A DNA stretch of 64,000 nt from contig JBEKIW010000001.1 of NCBI GenBank assembly GCA_050011565.1, positions 32,001-96,000 of the forward strand, read 5' to 3'. The position numbers and the translations under genes are program-made. Below, in pieces: positions 25,366 to 33,857 of the stretch. The stretch's first letter is position 1. The number at the start of each line of letters is the position of its first letter. A model generated the notes under the pieces. The model was not told the origin of the DNA, made no database searches, and worked only from the letters and a program-made list of their open reading frames with translations. This DNA is from Dehalococcoidia bacterium. GTDB taxonomy: Bacteria > Chloroflexota > Dehalococcoidia > GIF9 > UBA5629.

Positions 25366-28029
25366 ATGTCTGAAATTCCAAAGGCTTATGAGCCGGGTCA
25401 GGTTGAGCAGAAGTGGTATCGCTTCTGGATGGAGCAGGGCTATTTCACTCCGAAGATAGACCGCAGAAAGAAGCCTTTCGTCATCATCATGCCGCCGCCC
25501 AATGTCACCGGTGAGCTTCATTTGGGGCATGCTCTGACGGCTACTCTGGAAGACATAATGATAAGGTGGCACAGGATGAAGGGCGAGTCCGCTTTGTGGC
25601 TGCCGGGCGTTGACCACGCCGGCATAGCCACTCAGGTGATTGTAGAGCAGAAGCTGGCTGAGCAAGGACTGGACCGGCACAAGCTGGGCAGGGAGAAGTT
25701 TATCGAGCGCGTCTGGGAATGGGTTAAGAAGTCACGGCAATCAATTACTTATCAGCACCAGAGACTGGGAGCTTCCTGCGATTGGACCCGTGAGCGGTTT
25801 ACCCTCGATGAGGGACCAAGCCGGGCAGTACGGACGGCCTTTGTCCGTCTATATAATAAAGGGCTGATTTATCGCGGTGAACGAATTATAAACTGGTGCC
25901 CAAGGTGCCAGACCGCGCTTTCCGATTTGGAGGTTCAGCACAAAGATATAACCGGCAATCTATATTATCTTCGTTATCCTCTGGCTGATGGTGAAGGCTA
26001 TATTACCGTAGCGACTACCAGACCGGAGACTTACCTCGGCGATACTGCCGTAGCAGTTAATCCTGATGACAAGCGATTCAAGGCTCTGGTGGGCAAAAAG
26101 GTTGTCCTGCCTGTTATTGGACGGGTGATTCCCATTATCGCTGATAGCGCTGTAGACACTTCGTTTGGCACCGGCGCGGTCAAGATTACCCCGGGCCATG
26201 ATCCGGTGGACTTCGATATGTCTGAGCGGCAGCACTTACCGGTGATAAATATCTTGAATCCTGATGGGACTATGAATGAACAGGCCGGCCCTTATGCTGG
26301 ACTTGACCGCTTTGTCTGCCGGCAGAGGGTGGTGGCTGACTTTGAAAAGGCTGGCCTGCTGGAGAAGATTGAGACGCATCATCATTCGGTGGGGCACTGC
26401 GGCCGCTGTCAGACGATGGTAGAGCCTGAGGTTAGCAAACAGTGGTTTGTAAAAGTGGCGCCGTTGGCCGAGGCAGCAACCAAGGCTGTCACCGATGGTC
26501 GGATTTCCATAATTCCGGAGCGCTTTACCAAAGTCTATCTCAACTGGATGGAGAATATACGTGATTGGTGCATCAGCCGGCAGTTGTGGTGGGGGCATCG
26601 CATTCCCGTGTGGTATTGTCCGAAATGCGAGGAAATGACTGTAGCTGTTGATAAGCCTTCAACCTGCAGCCATTGTGCTACCACCGATATCGTCCAGGAC
26701 CCTGATGTGCTCGATACCTGGTTTAGCTCGGCGCTCTGGCCGCACTCGACTTTAGGCTGGCCGGAGGATACTGAGGACTTGAAATATTTCTACCCGACAT
26801 CGGTTATGGAGACAGGGTATGACATACTCTTCTTCTGGGTTGCCCGGATGATTATGATGGGGCTGGAGGATACTGGAGATATTCCTTTCCACACTGTCTA
26901 TCTGCACGGGCTGATTCGAGACGAGAAGGGCGAGAAGATGAGCAAGATGCGGGGGAATGTGCTGAATCCTAACGATGCCATAGATGAATACGGCACTGAC
27001 GCGCTTCGGTTTGCCGTGACCACCGGCACTTCCCCGGGGAATGATATCAATCTCGGCCCGCACCGGTTGGAGGCCGGCCGCAACTTCGCTAACAAGATGT
27101 GGAATGCGGCCAGGTTTGTCTTTCAAAGCCTTGAATCTAATCCGCTAGAAAGCGGTGTGTTAACGAAGCTGACTGCGAAGCGTTCAAAGCCGATAGAAGA
27201 CCGCTGGATTCTGAGCCGGCTTAATCGACTTGTTTTAAGCGTCGATGAGTTGATGTCCGGTTTCCAGTTTGGCGAGGCGGAGCGGCAAATTCATGACTTT
27301 TTCTGGGGTGAGTTTTGTGATTGGTACATCGAGATAGCCAAAATCAGACTGTCCAGGTCAGAATTTTTGCCTTTGCCGATAGTGGCCTTGGCTCTGGACA
27401 CGACGCTGCGCCTTCTCCATCCCTTTATGCCGTTCATCACCGAGGAACTGTGGCAAGGCTTGAGACAGCGTTTGCCTGAAGGTAGCTTTGATTCAGACTC
27501 CATTATTATTGCGCCGTACCCGGTTGGCAATAGGAAACTTATCGACGATGAGGCTGAGCCGGTGATGGAGTCGGTTATAGAAATCATCCGCTCCATACGC
27601 AATGCCCGGGCTGAGCACAAGGTAGCAGCAGGCAAGTGGATTGAAGCCCGTGTTTATGCCGATAAACTCCAACTGGCGATAGCTTCAAAATCTGAGGTTA
27701 TAGAGACCTTGGCCAAAGCTAGACCGCTGGCTGTTTTAAGTCGCAGCCAGCGTCAGGCAAAGGAAGAAAAAGCGCTGGTCCTCGTGCTGAAGGAAGCCGA
27801 GGTGGTCTTGCCCTGGGCGGGCATGGTTGATGTGGCATCCGAAAAGGGGCGTTTGGAGGGCGAAATCAGTGTGGTTGAGAGGGAAATCGAGAGGCTGGAA
27901 AAACGGTTGAAAGATTCTGCTTTCGTGTCCAAAGCACCAGCCGCCGTGGTAGACAAAGAGCGGGACAAACTCCGAGGTTATAAAGACAAGTTGCTGAGGC
28001 TGAGGCAGGAACTGACCCAGCTCAGCTAG
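25366..28029 (+). CDS. valS: Valine--tRNA ligase
   Basis: PPPNVTGELHLGH, DWCISRQLWWGH, KMSK, C-terminal coiled coil. Confidence 0.99.
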   Translation: MSEIPKAYEPGQVEQKWYRFWMEQGYFTPKIDRRKKPFVIIMPPPNVTGELHLGHALTATLEDIMIRWHRMKGESALWLPGVDHAGIATQVIVEQKLAEQGLDRHKLGREKFIERVWEWVKKSRQSITYQHQRLGASCDWTRERFTLDEGPSRAVRTAFVRLYNKGLIYRGERIINWCPRCQTALSDLEVQHKDITGNLYYLRYPLADGEGYITVATTRPETYLGDTAVAVNPDDKRFKALVGKKVVLPVIGRVIPIIADSAVDTSFGTGAVKITPGHDPVDFDMSERQHLPVINILNPDGTMNEQAGPYAGLDRFVCRQRVVADFEKAGLLEKIETHHHSVGHCGRCQTMVEPEVSKQWFVKVAPLAEAATKAVTDGRISIIPERFTKVYLNWMENIRDWCISRQLWWGHRIPVWYCPKCEEMTVAVDKPSTCSHCATTDIVQDPDVLDTWFSSALWPHSTLGWPEDTEDLKYFYPTSVMETGYDILFFWVARMIMMGLEDTGDIPFHTVYLHGLIRDEKGEKMSKMRGNVLNPNDAIDEYGTDALRFAVTTGTSPGNDINLGPHRLEAGRNFANKMWNAARFVFQSLESNPLESGVLTKLTAKRSKPIEDRWILSRLNRLVLSVDELMSGFQFGEAERQIHDFFWGEFCDWYIEIAKIRLSRSEFLPLPIVALALDTTLRLLHPFMPFITEELWQGLRQRLPEGSFDSDSIIIAPYPVGNRKLIDDEAEPVMESVIEIIRSIRNARAEHKVAAGKWIEARVYADKLQLAIASKSEVIETLAKARPLAVLSRSQRQAKEEKALVLVLKEAEVVLPWAGMVDVASEKGRLEGEISVVEREIERLEKRLKDSAFVSKAPAAVVDKERDKLRGYKDKLLRLRQELTQLS

Positions 28030-28045
28030 TATGCTGCGCAAACTA

Positions 28046-28111
28046 GAAATCCCAAAACTCAAAACACAAATCCCAAACAAATTCAAATGACCAAAAATCA
28101 AAGTTCAAAAC
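28046..28111 (+). repeat. A/C-rich left arm of the imperfect inverted repeat around the four-helix-bundle gene
   Basis: GAAATCCCAAAACTCAAAACACAAATCCCAAACAAATTCAAATG..., loosely complementary to 28449-28514 and 29214-29273. Confidence 0.7.
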
Positions 28112-28449
28112 AATATGACCTGGAAGAGAGGACTCTCAATTTTGCCAGAAGTGTGGTTAACTTTTGTAAGAAATTGCCGAAATCTGCTATTGAAGGGGAA
28201 ATTACCAAGCAATTAGTTAGAGCGGCGACCTCTGTGGGAGCAAATTATATAGAAGCGAATGAGGCATTAGGGAAAAAGGATTTCTTGATGAGAATCAGGA
28301 TATGTCGCAAAGAAGCCAAAGAGAGTGGATACTGGCTTAAGCTTCTAGAAGTAAGCAATCCCGATTCACGGCAAGAGCAAGAGATATTCCTTAAATAGTC
28401 TACAGAATTGACGAAAATATTCAGCTCCATCCTGACGAAAAGCCAATAG
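28087..28449 (+). pseudogene. Four-helix-bundle protein (23S rRNA IVS-protein family) with an in-frame premature TAG
   Basis: DLEERT, QLVRAATSVGANYIEA, KEAKESGYWL; TAG at 28396-28398 followed in frame by the expected last helix STELTKIFSSILTKSQ*. Confidence 0.75.
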
Positions 28450-28454
28450 TTTTG

Positions 28455-28514
28455 AATTTGGTTCTTTGAATTTTGATATTGTTTGATATTTGATGCTTGT
28501 AATTCGGGATTTGG
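28455..28514 (+). repeat. G/T-rich repeat arm, copy 1
   Basis: 48/60 identical to 29214-29273 by ungapped hand alignment. Confidence 0.8.
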
Positions 28515-28559
28515 AGGTGGCTTTTGCTAAATTTAGCCGTGAAGAAAGGAGGGTGATTA

Positions 28560-28799
28560 ATGCCTCATGTAATAATAAAAATGTATCCCGGAAGGACAGT
28601 AGAACAGAAAAATAAACTGGCTCAAGTAATTGCAGATTCTATCGTGAGAATTGCCAAATGTGAAGGGAAAACAATTTCCGTTGCCATAGAAGAAATTGCC
28701 CCCGAAGATTGGGTTGAAACGGTCTATAGGCCGGATATAATGGAAAAAGAAAAAACACTGGTTAAGAAACCAGGATATAACCCCTTTGATTCGCGGTGA
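28560..28799 (+). CDS. 4-oxalocrotonate tautomerase family protein
   Basis: N-terminal catalytic Pro (MPHV), PGRTVEQK, ISVAIEE. Confidence 0.88.
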   Translation: MPHVIIKMYPGRTVEQKNKLAQVIADSIVRIAKCEGKTISVAIEEIAPEDWVETVYRPDIMEKEKTLVKKPGYNPFDSR

Positions 28800-28827
28800 G
28801 TCATTGACGTTATCTAAGGAGTAAACA

Positions 28828-29193
28828 ATGGAAATTAAAGTAATAAATTTTGAAGATAAATTTTCTAAATTCAGTGAGCGGTTTTCACCTAAGATTATTG
28901 CCCAAATGAATAACTATGACTTCAAATTGACCAGGTCCTTTGGCGATTTTGTCTGGCACAAACACCCTGAAACAGACGAAGCATTTATTGTGATTGATGG
29001 TAGTTTTCAGATCGATTTAAGAGATAAATCCTTACATTTGAAAGCTGGAGACATGGTTGTTATTCCAGGGGGAGTTGAGCATAAACCATATGCCAAAGAA
29101 GAATGCAAAATATTGCTAATTGAGCCGACCGGTACTCCGAATACTGGCGATGCCGGTGGCGAGCTAACAAAAACCGATTTAGAATGGATTTGA
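28828..29193 (+). CDS. Cupin domain protein
   Basis: FVWHKHPETDEAF, GVEHKP, EPTGTPNTG. Confidence 0.9.
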   Translation: MEIKVINFEDKFSKFSERFSPKIIAQMNNYDFKLTRSFGDFVWHKHPETDEAFIVIDGSFQIDLRDKSLHLKAGDMVVIPGGVEHKPYAKEECKILLIEPTGTPNTGDAGGELTKTDLEWI

Positions 29194-29213
29194 AGCTAAT
29201 TAATGACTGCGAC

Positions 29214-29273
29214 AATTTGGTTCTTAGGATTTTAGCATTGTTTGGGATTTGATGCCTGGGATTTAGGATTTGG
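29214..29273 (+). repeat. G/T-rich repeat arm, copy 2
   Basis: AATTTGGTTCTTAGGATTTTAGCATTGTTTGGGATTTGATGCCTGGGATTTAGGATTTGG; direct repeat of 28455-28514. Confidence 0.8.
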
Positions 29274-29296
29274 GGAAGGGTATTCAATTGTGGTGT

Positions 29297-29995
29297 TTAG
29301 AGGGGTGGCTTTTTGGCTGCTAGGTTGCGTTGCATCTTTATCAGTGCTTTTTTGGTATCGCTGGCCACGCGGGACTTATCGCTCTTTTTTATTCGGTATT
29401 TGAATAGCCAGTAGGTGAATTCCTTCAGCTCGCCCAGATTCGTGGATTTGCGTTTCGTGTACTTTTTTTCTTTTCTAAAGCTGTCGAGCAGCGCCTGCTG
29501 ACCGGCACCATATATCCTGCGATATGCCTTATCAAGTATATCTTCGCGCTTGTTGGAGCCTGATGTCAATCTTTCTTTTCGAATCTCGTCAACTACAGCG
29601 GAAATAAGATTTTCCTCGACCAGTACACCGTATAGATAATTGAGATAAGCTCGGTATTTAGCCGGGCCAATCAGTTTCTTGAATTCCTCTCTGCTTAGCT
29701 CCACCGGTGGTACATCGAAGAAAAGCAAATTGATTCGTTCTTTTTCCGGGATATACTGGCTTATTTCGTCGCTGAGACGCTCTGCCAGTAATAGCCAGTC
29801 GAAAGCCTCGCCATCAATCAAATAGCGCAAGTGACGACCTTGATAATCCTCCTCAGCGCTCTTCCATAGCTTGGTAGCCTCCAGCAGGGCTATATACCAG
29901 TGCTTGCCACTGGCTACAGCTTGCCTTAGGTGCTCTATGGCTGTGACATCGCCGTCGGCTGTTGTAGTGATATTTTCGTTATCTTCAGGTGACAT
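29297..29995 (-). CDS. Hypothetical protein
   Basis: 232-aa ORF co-oriented and closely spaced with the MBL and polX genes; no family recognised. Confidence 0.75.
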   Translation of the reverse strand: MSPEDNENITTTADGDVTAIEHLRQAVASGKHWYIALLEATKLWKSAEEDYQGRHLRYLIDGEAFDWLLLAERLSDEISQYIPEKERINLLFFDVPPVELSREEFKKLIGPAKYRAYLNYLYGVLVEENLISAVVDEIRKERLTSGSNKREDILDKAYRRIYGAGQQALLDSFRKEKKYTKRKSTNLGELKEFTYWLFKYRIKKSDKSRVASDTKKALIKMQRNLAAKKPPL

Positions 29996-30000
29996 TTTGA

Positions 30001-30795
30001 TTAATCCGTTTTAAGGAAAGATTTAACCATATTTAGTGATGAGAACTGCTGCTGGGTAAACTCGGCTAAAGGAGCCTCATTGCCAAAAATCTGTTTCATA
30101 ATCTCTTCTGGAGATAAACCTCTGTCATGCAGCTCCGTGACCTTCTGCCCTAAATCTTCGAGGTATCGGATGGTCTGTTCCAGCACGGGCACGGGTTCAG
30201 CTATTACTTTACCCGGGGCAGGGAAGAGTAATCGGGGCATTAAGTCCTTTACTTTTTTGAGGTCAGTGATGATTTGGCGTACGTCGTCCTGGGGTCGGAC
30301 TACGTTGGGGCGGGTACCTACGAATAAATCGCCACTAAATAGCCAGCCGTGGCTTGCCTCAAAAAGGCAGATGTGGTCACGGTCATGGCCCGGCGTGTAG
30401 ATTACGTCAAAGAGAAAATTATGGGTAGCGACAGTATCGCCGATTTTATTAACCTGGCTGGGAATAGGATAGCCCCAGACCTCTTCCTGATAGGGGAAAA
30501 GCGTCGCTGGCTGGTTGATTTTGTTCACCGCCAGCGGATGAGCCAGAAGCTCGACGCCATATCTTTCTTTGAGCAAGGCATTGGCAGCTATATGGTCTTC
30601 GTGATGATGCGTGTTAACTACAGTTTTCAATCCTTTGTCCTTCAAGAAGTCAGTCAACTCTTCGACAGTATGCGCCGGTCCGCTGTCTATCAAGAGGCCA
30701 TCCACCAGATAGGCGGAGACAGTGCCTCCAGGATTGTCCGGATAGCGGCACAGCCTAATCTGGGTTACCTGTCCGTATTCGATAGTGGCAAGCAT
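30001..30795 (-). CDS. MBL-fold metallo-hydrolase
   Basis: THHHEDH, TPGH, FSGD motifs. Confidence 0.92.
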   Translation of the reverse strand: MLATIEYGQVTQIRLCRYPDNPGGTVSAYLVDGLLIDSGPAHTVEELTDFLKDKGLKTVVNTHHHEDHIAANALLKERYGVELLAHPLAVNKINQPATLFPYQEEVWGYPIPSQVNKIGDTVATHNFLFDVIYTPGHDRDHICLFEASHGWLFSGDLFVGTRPNVVRPQDDVRQIITDLKKVKDLMPRLLFPAPGKVIAEPVPVLEQTIRYLEDLGQKVTELHDRGLSPEEIMKQIFGNEAPLAEFTQQQFSSLNMVKSFLKTD

Positions 30796-30798
30796 GTT

Positions 30799-32520
30799 TT
30801 AATTCTTTCTGAGGAAGGCCAGCATCTCTTTTACTGGCCTGGTATTGAGTATATCTTTAGGCTGGCACCAACCGCGGCGAGCTATGCCGATACCGAAGCG
30901 CATCAGGCTCAGGTGAGTTGTGCTATGGGCATCCGTGCCCATGATTAACTTTACTCCCAGTTCCCGCGCCCGGTAAATGTGAATATCTTTCAAATCAAGT
31001 CGGCTGGGCATGGAATTAATTTCCAAAGCCTTGTTGTATTTTATGGCAGCTCGGAAGACGGCTTCCAGGTCGACGGCGACAGGCTCGCGCTCACCCAACA
31101 ATCGACAGGTGGGGTGGGCGATGACATCGATATGCGGATTTTCTATGGCTCCAACAAGGCGCCTTGTTATCTGCTCCTCGCTTTGATTCATAGCTGAATG
31201 AATGGCGGCGACCACGACGTCCAGGTCGGCTAATAGTTTATCGGGCAGGTCTATGCTGCCATCGGCGCGTATGTCCACCTCCGTGCCGGTGAAGATCCGA
31301 ATTCCTTTGAGATGCTCATTGAGTCGTATAATTTCTTGTATCTGCTTTCGCAGGCGCTCTTCGCTTAGTCCGTGGGCGATGCCTCGTCCTGCTGAATGGT
31401 CGGTTATTGCCAGATAAAGGTAGCCAAGGGCTTTGGCGGATTTAGCCATGTCTTCTATGGAATCCTGACCGTCGCTCCAGTCGGTATGAGCGTGAATGTC
31501 TCCCTTTATGTCTGATAGTTCTATTAGCTTCGGGACTTCGCCTTTCTCAGCCAGTTCAATCTCGCCCTGGTCTTCGCGAATTTCAGGTGGTATGTACTGC
31601 AGGCCAAGGCGGCGGTAAAAGGCTTCCTCTGTAGCAAATTTCTCCAGCTTGTCCGTCTTGACGTCGGTTATGCCGTATTCGCTCAGCTTGAGTCCCCTTT
31701 TCTGTTCTCTGGTTCTCAGTGTGATGTTGTGCTGCTTGCTGCCGGTGAAATACTGGAGCAGCGAGCCGAAGGAATCATGTTCTACCATCCTCAAATCGGC
31801 TTGGAGACCGCCAGGTAGTATGACGGTGGCTTTCGTTGGCCCCTTAGCCACTACCTCCCTTATTTGAGGCAGATTAATGAAGACATTAATAATCTCTTCA
31901 GGGTTATCGGCCGTGCCCATAAGGTCGATATCGCCCACGGTCTCCTTGAAGCGTCGCAGGCTGCCGGCTGCGGTCAGGTTTTTCACCCCGGGCAGAGTTC
32001 GAAGGGCATCGAGCACGTCGTCCACCACGGGCAGCGCTTCACCTATGGGTATACGCTGGTCTTTGCGGCGCAGGGCTTGAATTTGCTGCAGTATGTTATC
32101 GGCTGTCTTATCGCCGAGGCGGAACAATTTGGCCACCCGGCCATCTTTAATAGCCTTCTCCAGCTCATCTACGGACATGATGCCCAGTTCGTTGGAAAGC
32201 CTGTTTGCTGTCTTGGGTCCGATACCGGGAATTTCGAGTAGCTTAGTTATTCCCTCGGGGAATTCGGCCTTAAGTTCCTCGTAGGCACCCAGTTTACCTG
32301 TGTTAATGAGTTCGATGGTTTTCTTGGCTATGGCCTCGCCGACGCCGGGTATGGTCTGCAAGTCCTCGCCCTCCTCGAGCATGATTTCTATCTCTTTGGG
32401 CAGGTAGTCGATAGCCCTGGCTGCTCGCTGGTAAGCTCTAATCTTGAATTTGTTTTCTCCCTTAAGCTCCAGCAGGTCAGCCATATCCTGGAATACTTTG
32501 GCAATAGCGGTGTTTTTCAT
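30799..32520 (-). CDS. polX: DNA polymerase/3'-5' exonuclease PolX
   Basis: IPGVG/IPGIGPK HhH, GSLRRFKETVGDID, YFTGSKQHN, PHP domain (HAHTDWSDG, TDHS, TDAH). Confidence 0.96.
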   Translation of the reverse strand: MKNTAIAKVFQDMADLLELKGENKFKIRAYQRAARAIDYLPKEIEIMLEEGEDLQTIPGVGEAIAKKTIELINTGKLGAYEELKAEFPEGITKLLEIPGIGPKTANRLSNELGIMSVDELEKAIKDGRVAKLFRLGDKTADNILQQIQALRRKDQRIPIGEALPVVDDVLDALRTLPGVKNLTAAGSLRRFKETVGDIDLMGTADNPEEIINVFINLPQIREVVAKGPTKATVILPGGLQADLRMVEHDSFGSLLQYFTGSKQHNITLRTREQKRGLKLSEYGITDVKTDKLEKFATEEAFYRRLGLQYIPPEIREDQGEIELAEKGEVPKLIELSDIKGDIHAHTDWSDGQDSIEDMAKSAKALGYLYLAITDHSAGRGIAHGLSEERLRKQIQEIIRLNEHLKGIRIFTGTEVDIRADGSIDLPDKLLADLDVVVAAIHSAMNQSEEQITRRLVGAIENPHIDVIAHPTCRLLGEREPVAVDLEAVFRAAIKYNKALEINSMPSRLDLKDIHIYRARELGVKLIMGTDAHSTTHLSLMRFGIGIARRGWCQPKDILNTRPVKEMLAFLRKN

Positions 32521-32574
32521 TGGCCGTATATCAATAGTATAGGCCGAGCAGAATTTGTGTGCAATTGAGCACTA

Positions 32575-32805
32575 TTAATGCTCAACTGGTGAGGCTTGAA
32601 TCTTTTCCCTTATCCAATTCCAGTCGGGGTCGCCGTGGTTGAAGAAGGATTTGAAATTATCTTTAAGCCACTCGTAAGTATCGTCCTCGGTGTACTGGCA
32701 AAAAGCTTCGACAAGGGCATTTTTGTCTATTTCCTCAGGCATTTCCAGCTCCAGTTCATCGAATTCCCAGCCCAGGTACTCTTCGATAACATCTCGGTCA
32801 AGCAT
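32575..32805 (-). CDS. Small acidic hypothetical protein
   Basis: 76-aa ORF with GGAG SD directly after the nuclease gene. Confidence 0.6.
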   Translation of the reverse strand: MLDRDVIEEYLGWEFDELELEMPEEIDKNALVEAFCQYTEDDTYEWLKDNFKSFFNHGDPDWNWIREKIQASPVEH

Positions 32806-32820
32806 GTTTTGACTCCTGTA

Positions 32821-33843
32821 TTATTTTAACTTTTCGAAGGTAATTTCTTTGTCACAGAGATGGTATATATAACAACTTAAAGAATATATCTTATCGAGGT
32901 CTGTAATTCTTTCGATGACAGCATTTCTAGCTTTTGTCTGCTTTCCAAAATCCCGGCCAATGATGATTCCCTTAATCATCTCGTGCTTGGCACCTGGTAT
33001 TAGTCTGGCAGTCCATTCAATATATCTTGTAAGCTGGTCAACAACGTACGGATCAATTACTCCCTTTTTAAGTTCAAAGACTGCAGCACTGAGGGTTAGC
33101 CATATATCAAGTACCCGCTTTTTATATAGGCAGACAATGTCAATCGCTCCTCCAGCTATGAATGTGCTTACTTGATTTAAAATATCAACTTGGTATTTTG
33201 CTCCGGAGAAGTCGTCGAAGCCTGCAAGTTGGTGAAGTTTTTGAGGATTCATAAGGAGATATGCCTCCAAATATGCTTCCATGTTCAATTCTTGAATATC
33301 TTTGCCTTTGGCTTTAAAAATGTCAATTTCCTTTTGCTGAAAAGCATGCCCCTTGTAAGGAGACATGTCTATTCCTGGTATCTGGTTTGCCTGTAGCAAG
33401 GTTTGCATTAAAAGGATACCTTCATGGTGTAGTAATGTACATACTGCCTTGTCTATTAAAGCTGAACTGTCAATAATTGACTTGATCTTTCCTTCTTCTC
33501 TTAGGTCCCAAAAGGCTTGGACGGGTACAGGATTTAAGCAAACATGTTCTTCCAGATATTTGATTTTGATGCGGAAGGGATATTTATCCCTGTTGCGATG
33601 TTTGGGAGCTGGTGCCCAAACGAGTTGATCATTGAAGAATACACCACTTATAACTTCAAACGGACCGTATATTACGCCCTCAGTTCTTGGGCCGATCTTG
33701 TGTGCGGTATAATAAAATGCGATGTCGCCACTTCTAACATTGGCAAGCTGATTCAAATTCCTCTCACTCACTCCAAAGAGACCATACTCTAGGCTTTTTT
33801 GGAAAAACTTTGGAGAAATCAATAAATGGAATTTGCGTTCCAA
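32821..33843 (-). CDS. EVE/PUA-like domain fused to a NucS-like PD-(D/E)xK nuclease
   Basis: N-terminal GDIAFYY...IYGPFEV...VW...YPFRIKI; C-terminal EAYLE...IDIV...FELK...DQLTRYIEW; GGAGG SD. Confidence 0.7.
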   Translation of the reverse strand: MERKFHLLISPKFFQKSLEYGLFGVSERNLNQLANVRSGDIAFYYTAHKIGPRTEGVIYGPFEVISGVFFNDQLVWAPAPKHRNRDKYPFRIKIKYLEEHVCLNPVPVQAFWDLREEGKIKSIIDSSALIDKAVCTLLHHEGILLMQTLLQANQIPGIDMSPYKGHAFQQKEIDIFKAKGKDIQELNMEAYLEAYLLMNPQKLHQLAGFDDFSGAKYQVDILNQVSTFIAGGAIDIVCLYKKRVLDIWLTLSAAVFELKKGVIDPYVVDQLTRYIEWTARLIPGAKHEMIKGIIIGRDFGKQTKARNAVIERITDLDKIYSLSCYIYHLCDKEITFEKLK

Positions 33844-33857
33844 ATTTCACCTCCTCT

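Noticed and set aside
28046-29273. CRISPR array or DGR at the repeat arms
   Set aside because: No regularly spaced identical repeats, no cas genes, no reverse transcriptase and no TR/VR pair with adenine-specific mismatches.
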